This document shows positions 11,432-24,555 of a DNA stretch of 64,000 bases, piece after piece (the stretch's first letter is position 1; every line of letters starts with the position of its first letter). A program made the position numbers and the translations under genes. Location: assembly GCF_035084215.1 (NCBI RefSeq), contig NC_090359.1, positions 20,398,001 to 20,462,000 on the forward strand, given 5' to 3'. Under the pieces are notes generated by a model. It saw nothing but the letters and a program-made list of their open reading frames with translations. It did no database searches and was not told where the DNA came from. This DNA is from Heptranchias perlo. Taxonomy: Eukaryota.

Positions 11432-14260
11432 ATGGGGCAACTAGTGAAGGGTTTGGTTTCTCTGTTGGTTTTGGTCGGAGCTGTTTGTTGCTCTGATACT
11501 TGGCAGTGGTTTAGAAACAGGGACTTCCCATGGAACATTGAGAAGGCCACTCCTGCCCCTCCCTTTGGTTCCCATTTCAGCCTGTCTGAGGGGAGAAGTC
11601 TGTCCCCACTGCAGACTGTGATGGTGCAGTGTGGAGAGCAGAACCTCCTGGTGAGGGTAGACATGGATTTATTTGGAACCAGGCACCTGATTAAAGCTGC
11701 TGACCTGACCCTGGGGTCTGCAGGTTGTCGGCCAACTGGGGTCTACTCTCAGAACCACACTGTCCTCTTTGACTATGGGCTCCATGAATGTGGCAGCAGA
11801 TTGCAGGTAATGTGATTCCTCAACTCTTGCTCCAATTTCCCTGTGTAGATTACTCCTCACTCTGAACTCATTCACATTGGGTGAAACTCCAGCCACTTAG
11901 TTTGAGGAGATCCCTGAACTCTTCCTCCAATCCCTGTACAGGTTCTTGACATGTTCACTCACACCCAGTGTGGAACTACTTTGTTGACATGTTTCATCTT
12001 TTTCTTTTAACAAAGATTCTAATTTGTCTCCTAGACACTACAACTTTCTTTAACTGGTCTTTTCTATTCTCTAACTTTGATTTTCAATTCTATTGGCCTT
12101 GCACCTTCACCTACATTTCCCCAAACAAGTCCTTCCTTTTGTGCCTCTGTAGATTTATCCTTTTCGTTCTCATGGATATTCTGGTCTGTTGCCTCAACTT
12201 CAGGTCAATGGATGTTCAGGGTTGTCGAACCTGTTGGGACTTCTCTTGAAAGACTAAACTCGTGGGATAATTGGGCTACAATGTATTAAAGGGGAACTCC
12301 ACTTTTGGTTCTTAGACCTGCCGACCCCCTCCATGATTCCATGGACACAGATGAGGTTTAAAAGTGATGTTGTGTTTAGTGCTCCATCCCAGGGGTCAAC
12401 TGAAGCCCCTTACGGTGGAAGCTCTATTCTATATCGGGTAGAATTCTCATCTAACCTGGCCGAGCCAAATCATTTCAGGGTTTGTGACTGCAGGCCTGAA
12501 GTCCCCTGTAATAGAAGGTGGACTGAGCAGAGTAACAGAGGCTGCTCCAGGCAACTTTGCTCAATGGTGGAGCTGCTTCAATCATGTGTCACTGGGGAGC
12601 AACTGAAACCCCTCAAACTGCTGCTTAACAGGGTAGGAAAATGACCAGAAAAAGCTTTTGTCCAATGAGACCAGCTCTTCATTCCTTCACCTGATGTCTT
12701 TCAGATGGCTGGAGATTTCCTGGTCTACACCACCCACCTGAACCACACCCCAAATGCTGGTGGATCAGTCATTGTGAGAACTAATGGAGCTGTCATTCCC
12801 ATCCAGTGCCACTATTTGAGGTAAGAATCTTTACTCTGTTGCAAATCTGATCTACGGCTGCTGTAGTTCTCTGAACTTGTCCTAAAATGACTCCACTGTC
12901 CTTTCCAGGAAGGGCAATGTGAGCAGTGACCCCATCAAGCCCACCTGGATCCCATTCAGCTCGACCAAGTCTGGAGAAGGGCTTCTGTCATTCTCACTGC
13001 GTCTAATGAATGGTATGTGATGGGTGGACGGGGAGGGCTTTCCTCTCGTTGCCCAATGGGAGTTACACCCACTGTCTCCAACTCTTGTTCTTCAGATGAC
13101 TGGCTTACAGAGCGCACCTCGACTGTCTACTACCTGGGTGACCTCATTCACATTGAGGCCTCTGTTTCAATGACCAACCACATGCCCCTGAAGCTCTACA
13201 TTGACAGCTGTGCAGCTACATTGAGCCCAGACAAGGATTCCACCCCAAGATACAACATCATTGACTATCATGGGTAAGGAGCTCTCTGCTTTCTCCAGCT
13301 GCTCTCCTCTCAATGGCTTCACTTGATTCACTTCATGGCCCTTTTTTTTGAATCTTCAGTTGCCTCCTGGACAGCAAAGCCGAGGACTCCTTTTCAACCT
13401 TTGTATTGCCCAGAGATGAACGTGAGCTGGACAAACTCCAGTTTGACCTGGATGCGTTCCGTTTCTTTGGAGATGACCGTTCCCTGGTAAGAGGAAGCCG
13501 ATCATTGGGTTCCCCATGTTGGGAGGGGAGTCACTGAATAACAACTTGTATTGAATGTGTCCCTCAGATTTTCATCACCTGTCACCTGAAAGTTGCTGCA
13601 GTGGATCGGAGAGATTCCATGAACAAAGCTTGTACTTTCCACAAGATGCAGAATGTGTAAGTTCCCTTTCTCCCACGGGGATGTGTTGTGTGAAGTGATG
13701 CACAACCTGGTTGATGAACTGATTCTCTGGTTTAGCTGGACCCCATTGGAAGAATCGACCAATGATGTGTGCGCCTGTTGTCATCTGGGCAACTGCGGTG
13801 TCACGAGGGAATTCCGACTTGATTCCAGAGGAAGGAGGGATCTTGTATCTGGACCTGGTAGGACATTGATCCTCTCTATGTTGGAGGTCCCCCTTTACCC
13901 TCTCTAACTGGAATGTTTGATATTGCAGAGAGTGATGCTGAATTGAAGTGGGAGGGTGAGGCCTCACTTGGACCCCTGGTCATTCTGGATCCTGATGTGA
14001 CAGACCTGGCAACTGAGCCCCTTAATGTGGTTGAGCAAAGGATGCAGGAGAGGTCTCCAGGTGGTGAGTTGGCCGACTGCTAGTTCCCATTTTCCCCTCA
14101 GTATTTCCTTCTCTCACCATTGGTTTCTTGTTGCTTTTTAGGTGTGGAGTCTGAGGTGGTCCTGATTTTGGCCCTGAGTATGAGCGCTGTCTTTCTGATC
14201 TCTGCTTCTTTGATCGCCTTGTTCCTGCACAGGAAACACAAGCAAACCCAGTTCAACTAG
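11432..14260 (+). CDS. zp3: ZP3-like protein, copy 2 (type B / 3' type Y), 454 aa
   Basis: Exons 11432-11806, 12705-12820, 12909-13012, 13096-13273, 13360-13486, 13568-13656, 13736-13857, 13929-14063, 14142-14260 (TAG); intact frame, same domains as copy 1. Confidence 0.93.
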
Positions 14261-14419
14261 TTATCAAATGACCAATAAAGCAGTGACTACTTGTATCTTC
14301 TAATGGCTGGTTGCTCATTTGTCACTGCATGTTGAGGGCAAGTTAGTTAACACTCAGCCATCCTCCATTGGTTCCTTCTGTTGAAATGGGGTTTGATGGG
14401 TCCACGTACCTATTGGATC

Positions 14420-15000
14420 CAGGGCTTTATAAATAGAGGAGGCAGAGAGTACAGAAGGAAGGAAGTCATGATGAACCTTTTATAAAACACTGGTTCAGCC
14501 ACAAGTGGAGTGTTGTCCAATTCTGGGCACCGCACTTTAGGAAGGATGTGCAGACGTTGCAGATAGGATTTGCTGGAATGGTTCTGGGGATGAGGGACTT
14601 CAGTTATGTGGGTGGACTGGAGAAGTTGGGCTTGTTCTCTTAACCTTCTCTGCTGTAAGTAGAATTGATGGAAGTGTTACATGATGGGTTTTGATAAAGT
14701 CCATAGAGAAACTGTTACCAATGGTGGAAGGGTTGAGATCCAGAGGACAGATTTATAGCGATTGGTTTAAAAAAAACCAAATGCGATGTGAGGTGAAACT
14801 TTTTTATGCAGCGAGTCGTTACAATGTGGCATGTGCTGCCTGACAGTGTGATGGGAGCGGATTCAGTCACTGCTTTCAAAAAGGAATTGGATAAATATTT
14901 GCAGGGCTGCAGGGAAAGAGTGGGGGAATCGGACGAACTGGATTGGTCTTACAAAGAGCTGGGATGGGCCAAATGGCTGCCTTCTGTGTTTCTATTGTAT
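14420..15000 (+). mobile_element. Decayed CR1 3' fragment (also ~24715-25290)
   Basis: FFMQRVVTMW.VLP..V..ADS..AFKKELDKYL followed by the gggccaaatggc tail motif. Confidence 0.8.
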
Positions 15001-15964
15001 GTAATTAGTGGCACAATGGCTGGTGTATTCAGGCCGAGTTCAGGGATGGGTGGTGGGTATAATTAATGCCCAGACCTCTCTTTTGGGGGAAGGTGCCAAT
15101 GAGTTGCAGAGCAGTGGTACTGGCCTGAGGTACTGGTGTGTGCTGGCTGTTGGGCCGAAGTTATTTCATTGTCTCCTTTTGGTGCTCTGTGGCCAATAAT
15201 AATAAAACCCCACATGGGCTCAGAGTTCCAGTGTGGAGCTACTTGTCCAAAGACTACTAGGGTTTAAGGATGGTGGACTTGGAACTTTTCCCAAGATTGA
15301 AGACCTCTGCCCTTTCTCTGAAGACTCTTGGACAGTGGGGCTTTCGGTCAATCTGTGTCCTCTGCACTTTTTTCCCTGAGTCTCATTGCCCAGAGCACCT
15401 GCTGTTTAGTCTGGAATCAAACCCCTTCCTGTTACAGGGTGAGTTTGAGAGTGCTCTCCATCAACTCTCAAATGACCTCTAGTTTAGCTGGCTAGGATCG
15501 ACTAACCCTGTTTGTGTTTAAGGAGATCTGGGAGCTTTCGCTAGTGGAGGCACCAAAACCCTTTGTAGGGTGGGATCTTGACTCTTCCATTGGGTCCAGT
15601 ATCTATGAGCTTGCTTTACAGACTGGGCCAGGAGTGGGTTTGTACCATTTCTGGCCTGGATACACTTTGCTCTTGTTGCTGTACTTTCCCTATTGTCTAA
15701 TTCACCCTGCCGTGTAAATGGGGTGACTGGCTCCCAATGGGAGCTGGCACTGTTACACACTATTATACAACTGTTATACTGCATCTTCCCCTGGGTGAAG
15801 GGTAGGACCTGACCTTAGCCAGGATCCAAATAATTGCAGAGGTTAGGGGGTTTTGAACTAGTTGGCATCTCTGTGAATAGAGAAGAAAAGGAGCTGCTAA
15901 TTGAGAACTTTCACAATTCCATCTTTTGCTTTCTTCCTTCCCAAGTGCTGAGACCATCTCCTGC

Positions 15965-16445
15965 ATGAGGTTGATTTTGGGTATGGAAGAGTTGCCTTAT
16001 GAGGAAAGATTGAACAAGTTGGGTCGATACTCATTGGAGTTTAGCAGAATGAGAGGAGATCTTATTGAAACATACAAGATTCAGAGGGGACTCGATAGGG
16101 TAGATGCTGAGAGGATGTTACCCCTCATGGGGGAATCTAAAACTAGGGGGCATAGTCTCAGAATAAAGGGGTCGCCCGTTTAAGATGGAAATGAGGAGGA
16201 ATTTCTTCTCCCAGAGGGTCGTGAATCTTTGGAATTCTTTACCCCAAAAAGCTGTGGAGGCCGAGTCATTAAATACATTCAAGGCTGAGTTAGACACATT
16301 TTTGGTCAGCAAGGGAGTCAAAGGATATGGGGAAAGGGTGGGAAAGTGGAGTTGAGGCCAGAATCAGATCAGCCATGATCTCATTAAATGGCAGAGCAGT
16401 CTCGAGGGGCCGAACGGCCGACTCCTGCTCCTATCTCTTATGGTC
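15965..16445 (+). mobile_element. CR1 3' fragment (also ~26255-26735)
   Basis: YEERL..LG.YSLEF.RMRGDLIETYKI...RRNFFSQRVVNLWNSLP and a ggccgaa tail. Confidence 0.85.
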
Positions 16446-17505
16446 ACTTTGCATCTCCACTGTCAGCTTGTTCAATCCCTTGCTCCTGTCTGGGTTTGGA
16501 CTGAGCACAAGGTGGGCTCCCTAATGGAGCCTCCAGTGTCACTGCCCCCTATTGGGTGTTGAGTCCTCAAAGCCACGGCCCACAACAATCATCCAAGAAG
16601 AGTTGAAGATGCAGTAATATCAGTGGGGGGAGGGGCTGAACTTTGTGAACCCAATCATTGACCTGAGTGGCCCCAGTCTGGGCCTTGCCATCGATTTCAC
16701 TCTTGTTTTTGCCCCTCTGAATTCCCTGTGGATGTTGATTGCTCTATTATGGGCTGTCTCCCTGGTTACGGCATTGCACGAAAGCAGCCTCCCACCACAA
16801 TCACACAAACTCAAAAGTTACAGACCACAACTGAACCCGACAGCTCACAACAGAGCCCAGGACAAGTCACATTAAAATTCTAAACAGGGGAATCTCGAAT
16901 GTTTTAATTAAATAAAACTCATCACTGCTCTAATCCCACGAGTTTATTGCCAAACCCTCGCTAACCAGTGTAGTGAGAGAGATGGTCAAATAAAACCAGC
17001 TGATTGCATTCACACCAAAGATCAGCCGTCTCCTCTCAAAGTTGCTGCATCGACATTTGAAGGATGTAAATCTTCACATAAGACAACAGTCGGGCAAGGC
17101 CCAGAAAGTTCCTTTGCAGTGGGGAGGAACACCCTCACCAGTCCGTGTGATGCTTTTCTGGGGTGACACGGCGGAGGCCCGGGTGAGCTGGTGTAACTCC
17201 GTCAGCAGGGAATGGGCCCCATTGACCCAGGAAGAAGGAGGTCTCTGATTCCCCCCCCCCCGAGCTGTGCTCGGCCTCACTCGGAGATGTTTGATTCTGT
17301 CCTGGAAAATAACGGGCAAATGAAGAATCGATCAGAGTGATAAATGTGTTCGAGGATTCATTAAAACAGGAGCACTCTCGGATTGAGAGTTTATTCTCGG
17401 TGTAAATGTTATGGTCATTGAGGTGAGGGATGTTATTGCTGGAAAATGGGACAGGTTTGATTTGAAGACTGTCATGGCGGACAAATTCAAGGTCAACCAC
17501 AGAAC

Positions 17506-17843
17506 GGGTTAGATACAGAGTAAAGCTCCCTCTGCACTGTCCCATCAAACACTCCCAGGGAAGGTACAGCACGGGTTAGATACAGAGTGAAGCTCCCTCA
17601 ACACTGTCCCATCAAACACTCCCAGGGCAGGTACAGCACGGGTTAGATACAGAGTAAAGCTCCCTCTACACTGTCCCATCAAACACTCCCAGGGCAGGTA
17701 CACCACGGGTTAGATACAGAGTAAAGCTCCCTCTACACTGTCCCATCAAACACTCCCAGGGCAGGTACAGCATGGGTTAGATACAGAGTAAAGCTCCCTC
17801 TACACTGTCCCATCAAACACTCCCAGGACAGGTACAACATGGG
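17506..17843 (+). repeat. 67-bp satellite, 5 units (1 more at ~19280-19350)
   Basis: Same unit as 402-739. Confidence 0.95.
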
Positions 17844-19272
17844 TTGGAACTAGCTGCGTCTCTAGTCAAGCTGTTCCAGTACAGCTACAACACTGGCATC
17901 TACTCGACAATGTGGAAAATTGCCCAGATATGTCCTGTCCACAAAAAGCAGGACAAATCAAATCCGGCCAATTACCGCCCTATCAGTCTACTCTCAATCA
18001 TCAGCAAAGTGATGGAAGGTGTTATCGACAGTGCTATCAAGCGGCACTTACTCTCCAATAACCTGCTCACCAATGCTCGGTGGCCCAAACATGGACAAAA
18101 TTCCAGAGGTGAGGTGAAAGTGACTGCCCTTGACATCAAGGCAGCATTTGACCGAGTGTAGCACCAAGGAGCCCTAGTAAAATTCAAGTCAATGGGAATC
18201 AGGGGGAAAACTCTCCAGTGGCTGAAGTCATATCTAGCACAAAGGAAGATGGTGGTGGTTGTTGGAGGCCAATCATCTCAGCCCCAGGACATTGCTGCAG
18301 GAGTTCCTCAGGGCAGTGTCCTAGGCCCAACCATTTTCAGCTGCTTCAACAATGACCTTCCCTCCATCATAAGGTCAGAAATGGGGATGATTGCACAGTG
18401 TTCAGTTCCATTCGCAACCCCTCAGATAATGAAGCAGTCTGTGCCCGCATGCAGCAAGACCTGGACAACATCCAGACTTGGGCTGATAAGTGGCAAGTAA
18501 CATTCGCGCCAGATAAGTGCCAGGCAATGACCATCTCCAAGAAGAGAGAGTCTAACCACCTCCCCTTGACATTCAACGGCATTACCATCGCCAAATCCCC
18601 CACAATCAACATCCTGGGGGTCACCATTGACCAGAAACTTAACTGGACCAGCCATATAAATACTGTGGCTACAAGAGCAGGTCAGAGGCTGGGTATTCTG
18701 CGACGAGTGACTCACCTCCTGACTCCCCAAAGCCTTTCCACCATCTACAAGGCACAAGTCAGGAGTGTGATGGAATACTCTCCACTTGCCTGGATAAGTG
18801 CAGCTCCAACAACACTCAAGAAGCTCGACACCATCCAGGATAAAGCAGCCCGCTTGATTGGCACCCCATCCACCACCCTAAACATTCACTCCCTTCACCA
18901 CCGGCACACTGTGGCTGCAGTGTGTACCACCCACAGGATGCACTGCAGCAACTCGCCAAGGCTTCTTCGACAGCACATCCCAAATCCACGACCTCTACCA
19001 CCTAGAAGGACAAGAGCAGCAGGCACATGGGAACAACACCACCTGCACGTTCCCCTCCAAGTCACACACCATCCCGACTTGGAAATATATCGGCCGTTCC
19101 TTCATCGTCGCTGGGTCAAAATCCTGGAACTCCCTTCCTAACAGCACTGTGGGAGAACCGTCACCACACGGACTGCAGCGGTTCAAGAAGGCGGCTCACC
19201 ACCACCTTCTCAAGGGCAATAAATGCTGGCCTCGCCAGTGACGGCACATCCCATGAATTAATAAAAATAAAT
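17844..19272 (+). mobile_element. Duplicate of the CR1-group LINE at 740-2166
   Basis: Same junctions and deletions, plus a private TAG at 18159 and a +1 frameshift near 19093. Confidence 0.9.
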
Positions 19273-20623
19273 ACAGATCGGGTGAGATACAGAGTAAAGC
19301 TCCCTCTGCACTGTCCCATCAAACACTCCCAGGGTGGGTACAGCACGGGTCAGGTGCAGTGTAACTCTCCCTCTGATCTACGTAAACAGGATACTCAAAT
19401 CGCACCCTCAGAGGAGCGCTCCCTATTACCGCCCCCTCCCTCCCACAAACTCTGCATTTCTTCAAGTCCAGCCTCTTCTCCATCCCCCACTCCCTTTTCC
19501 CCACCATTTCCTGTCCTGCCTTCAGCCGTTTAAATCCCACACTCTGGAATGTCCTCCCTAATCCCCTCCACCCTCCCCAATATCTCCTTTGGTTCGCTGT
19601 CCATTTCTCTCTGATTACACCTCTGTGAAGGACCTTGGGATGTTTCGCTCCGTTAAAGGGGTGATATAATCACAAGTTATTGTTCCCCCAGTGTGACAGG
19701 CCCCATTCCCCATCACCCCATTTATCAGACTGGACCAAACAGGACAATTGGAATGAGAGTTACTTTGCCTCTACTTTGGAGTTTGAGTTTGGACAGTCTG
19801 ATTCCTCTCCATGATGTCCTTTTAGTTACCAGCAGGGGGTGGGCGAGGGGGCCCTTGTCCTGTTTTGCAGGCCACGGGTCAGGGGCAATGGGCAAAGCTC
19901 AGTCCCACAGTGATCATCTATAAGGGCCCCCTCCCCACAAGGGACAGGACCCCACCAACAAGAACAAACAGTCTGCCTGAACCAACATCCCAAAGTACAT
20001 GAAAACTGACCAAAGCCCCAACTTTCAGATCCGGTTCAACGAGGCGACGATCCCGCCCGGCTCCCGCCAGTTGTAGAAGCTGCCGGAAAACCCATCCGAC
20101 GCTGAGTGCCCGCGCGCCAGGCTCCCTGGGCAGGAGCGTGCGGTGCCCACCGATAGGCTCGAGGCCTTCCACGACCGGTGGGCACCGCAAGGAATGGAGC
20201 GAATTATTGAGAGGAGCAGCAATATTAGGATTTAGCTTTAGTTATAAGTCTCCTTTTGTTTTGTTGAAAGTACATTTTACGTTTGACTTCCTTCATTAGT
20301 GGCGCCCCTTAAAATGGTCGGGGGAGGGGCGGGGGGCGGGGTGGTGGGGCGGGGTGGTGGGGGTAGGGGCGGGGTGGTGGGGGAGGGGCGGGGTGGGGGG
20401 GAGGGGCGGGGTGGTCGGGGGGATGGGCGGGGTGGGGGGAGGTGTAAATTTGTGCAACTCAGTGTCGTCCTTATGGACTGTTTAATAAAAAGAGGCTCCC
20501 TGGGTCGGAGCCACAGACTGTCACCCTCCCAGACAACAATCCCATTCAATCAACGCTAATTAATTCATCAGTCTCTAAGGGTAAAGGACCCCCCGCCCCC
20601 GGCAATAAATCCATTCGTTCTGT

Positions 20624-21558
20624 CTTTTTTTTGTTTAAGCCCCTTATAAAGTGGAGGGAGGGGGTTTAGAGATTAACGTGTCCCAGTTTTTCTATTGATG
20701 ATGGGAGACCCGTGTCATCCCGACAGATCAATTAGAAAAAAGAACCAAATTCAATCATAATTTTATTGTCTGTAACCACGATGCACTCCGGTCCCTGCGG
20801 TGCCCACCGGTCGGGGAAAGCCTCGAGGGTACCGGCAGACACCGCGTGCTCCCTCTCCAGGGCCACCCGGGTGCGGAGAATGCCGCGGAAGAGAGGCAGA
20901 GAGTCGGAGCGACCGCCCCCACGGGCCACAACCAACCTGGACCTGTGGATAGCCACCTTGGACAGGCCCAGGAGCAGGCCCACGAGGACGTCCACCGACC
21001 TGCCCGCCCCTCCCTCCTCACCGGGCGGCCAAAGATCAGGAGCGTGGGACTCAAGTGCAGCCAGAACTTGAGGAGCTGCCCCTTTAAATACGAAACTTTT
21101 AATAAGAAATTTTTTTTTTTTTCTTTTTTTTTGTGTATTAGGCCCCCCTTTTATAAGAAGTGGGGGTGTGGGGTGTGGTTAAATACTAAAAACCAAATAA
21201 ACCAAAACCAAGTGTTCAAATTAAAATTTTATTCTCCTCGTCCAGGATGCACTCCAGCCCCTGCGGTGCCCACCGGTCGCGGAAAGCCTCGAGGGTACCG
21301 GCAGACACCGCGTGCTCCATCTCCAGGGCCACCCGGGCGCGGAGCATTCCGCGGAAGAGAGGCAGACAGGCCGAGTGACCGCCCCCACGGACCACGATCA
21401 TCCTAGACCTGTGGATGGCCACCTTGGACAGGCCCAGGAGCAGGCCCACGAGAACGTCCACCGACCTGCCCGCCCCCCTCCTCACCGGGCGGCCAAAGAT
21501 CAGGAGCGTGGGACTCAAGTGCAGCCAGAACTTGAGGAGCTGCCCCTTTAAATACGAA
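20624..21558 (-). mobile_element. Tx1-like fragments ii and iii, duplicate
   Basis: ORF 21216-21518(-) gives an uninterrupted Tx1-like C-terminus SPTLLIFG...RWAPQGLECILDEENKILI*. Confidence 0.75.
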
Positions 21559-21612
21559 ACTTTTAATAAGAAATTGTTGTCACGAGGTTAGTCTATCGAT
21601 CTCGTTGAGCCT

Positions 21613-21657
21613 CATCTGGTCCAATTGGAGTCAGGTGAGTGCAGGTTGTGTATAAAA
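21613..21657 (+). promoter_or_regulatory. Type-A zp3 core promoter
   Basis: CATCTG, CCAATTGG, CAGGTG, TATAAAA 21651. Confidence 0.8.
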
Positions 21658-21701
21658 GGTGCTGGTTGGTCAGTAAAGTGATAGTTGAGTTGTTTGGTAT
21701 C

Positions 21702-24555
21702 ATGGGGGATTGTGTGGTGAGGGGTTTTGTCCCAGTGCTGTTGTTAGTCGGATCTGTTTGTTGCTCTGATATTTGGCAACAGTTTAGAGGTCACAGATTT
21801 CCATGGAGAAGAGTAAAACCCACCCCTGTACCTCAGAGAGTCCCTCCCCCTGGGCCTCCCTTTGGTTCCCATTTCAGCCTGTCTGAGGGGAGAAGTCTGT
21901 CCCCACTGCAGACTGTGATGGTGCAGTGTGGAGAGCAGAACCTCCTGGTGAGGGTAGACATGGATTTATTTAGAACCAGGCACCTGATTAAAGCTGCTGA
22001 CCTGACCCTGGGGACAGCAGGTTGTCAGCCAACTGGGATCTACTCTCAGAACCACACCGTCCTCTTTGACTACGGGCTCCATGAATGTGGCAGCAGATTG
22101 CAGGTAATGTGATTCCTCAACTCTTGCTCCAATTTCCCTGTGTAGATTACTCCTCACTCTGAGCTCATTCACATTGGGTGAAACTCCAGCCACTTAGTTT
22201 GAGGAGATCCCTGAACTCTTCCTCCAATCCCTGTACAGGTTCTTGACATGTTAACTATCACCCAGTGTGAAACTACTTTGTTGATATGTCTCTTATCTTT
22301 TATTTAACAAAGATTCTAATTTGTCTCCAAGACACTACAACTTTCTTCAACTGGTCTTTCCTATTCTCTAACTTTGATTTTCAATTCTATTGGCCTTGCA
22401 CCTTCACCTACATTTCCCCAAACAAGTCCTTCCTTTTGTTCCTCTGTAGATTTATCCTTTTCCTTCTCATGGATATTCTGGTCTGTTGCCTCAACTTCAG
22501 GTCAATGGATGTTCAGTGTTGTCGAACCTGTTGGGACTTCTCTTGAAAGACTAAACTTGTGGGATAATTGGTCTACAATGTATTAAAGGGAACTCTACTT
22601 TTGGTTCTTAGACCTGCCGACCCCCTCCATGATTCCACGGACACAGATGAGGTTTAAAAGTGATGTTGTGTTTAGTGCTCCATCCCAGGGGTCAATTGAA
22701 GCCCCTTACGGTGGAAGCTCTATTCTATATAGGGTAGAATTCTCATCTAACCTGGCTGAGCCAAATCATTTCTAGGTTTGTGACTGCAGGCCTGAAGTCC
22801 CCTGTAATAGAAGGTGGACTGAGCAGAGTAACAGAGGCTGCTCCAGGCAACTTCGCTCAATGGTGGAGCTGCTTCAATCATGTGTCATTGGGGAGCAACT
22901 GAAACCCCTCAAACTGCTGCTTAACAGGGTAGGAAAATGACCAGAAATAGCTTTTGTCCAATGAGACCAGCTCTTCATTCCTTCACCTGATGTCTTTCAG
23001 ATGGCTGGAGATTTCCTGGTCTACACTACCCACCTGAACCACACCCCAAATGCTGGTGGATCAGTCATTGTGAGAACGAATGGAGCTGTCATTCCCATCC
23101 AGTGCCACTATTTGAGGTAAGAATCTTTACTCTATTGCAAATCTGATCTACGGCTGCTGTAGTTCTCTGAACTTGTCCTAAAATGACTCCACTGTCCTTT
23201 CCAGGAAGGGCAATGTGAGCAGTGACCCCATCGAGCCCACCTGGATCCCATTCAGCTCGACCAAGTCTGGAGAAGGGCTTCTGTCATTCTCTCTGCGTCT
23301 AATGAATGGTATGTGATGGGTGGACGGGGAGGGCTTTCCTGTCGTTGGCAATGGGAGTTACACCCACTGTCTCCAACTCTTGTTCTTCAGATGACTGGCT
23401 TACAGAGCGCACCTCGACTGTCTACTACCTGGGTGACCTCATTCACATTGAGGCCTCTGTTTCAATGACCAACCACATGCCCCTGAAGCTCTACATTGAC
23501 AGCTGTGCAGCTACATTGAGCCCAGACAAGGATTCCACCCCAAGATACAACATCATTGACTACCATGGGTAAGGAGCTCTCTGCTTTCTCCAGCTGCTCT
23601 CCTCTCAATGGCTTCACTTGATTCACTTCATGGCCCTTTTTTTTGACTCTTCAGTTGCCTCCTGGACAGCAAAGCCGAGGACTCCTTTTCAACCTTTGTG
23701 TTGCCCAGAGATGAACGTGAGCTGGACAAACTCCAGTTTGACCTGGATGCGTTCCGTTTCTTTGGAGATGACCGTTCCCTGGTAAGAGGAAGCCGATCAT
23801 TGGGTTCCCCATGTTGGGAGGGGAGTCACTGAATAACAACTTGTATTGAATGTGTCCCTCAGATTTTCATCACCTGTCACCTGAAAGTTGCTGCAGTGGA
23901 TCGGAGAGATTCCATGAACAAAGCTTGTACTTTCCACAAGATGCAGAATGTGTAAGTTCCCTTTCTCCCACGGGGATGTGTTGTGTGAAGTGATGCACAA
24001 CCTGGTTGATAAACTGATTCTCTGGTTTAGCTGGACCCCATTGGAAGAATCGACCAATGATGTGTGCGCCTGTTGTCATCTGGGCAACTGCGGTGTCACG
24101 AGGGAATTCCGACTTGATTCCAGAGGAAGGAGGGATCTTGTATCTGGACCTGGTAGGACATTGATCCTCTCTATGTTGGAGGTCCCCCTTTACCCTCTCT
24201 AACTGGAATGTTTGATATTGCAGAGAGTGATGCTGAATTGAAGTGGGAGGGTGAGGCCTCACTTGGACCCCTGGTCATTCTGGATCCTGATGTGACAGAC
24301 CTGGCAACTGAGCCCCTTAATGTGGTTGAGCAAAGGATGCAGGAGAGGTCTCCAGGTGGTGAGTTGGCCGACTGCTAGTTCCCATTTTCCCCTCAGTATT
24401 TCTTTCTCTCACCATTGGTTTCTTGTTGCTTTTTAGGTGTGGAGTCTGAGGTGGTCCTGATCTTGGCCCTGAGTATGAGCGCTGTCTTTCTGATCTCTGC
24501 TTCTTTGATCGCCTTGTTCCTGTACAGGAAACACAAGCAAACCCAGTTCAACTAG
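21702..24555 (+). CDS. zp3: ZP3-like protein, copy 3 (type A / 3' type Y), 463 aa
   Basis: Exons 21702-22103, 23001-23116, 23205-23308, 23391-23568, 23655-23781, 23863-23951, 24031-24152, 24224-24358, 24437-24555; intact. Confidence 0.93.

Larger units (their letters stand above)
14334..21701. repeat. Intergenic spacer type Y, full copy with LINE and Tx1-iii
   Basis: Near-identical to ~24629-30151 (which lacks the LINE and Tx1-iii) and to 1-4595. Confidence 0.95.
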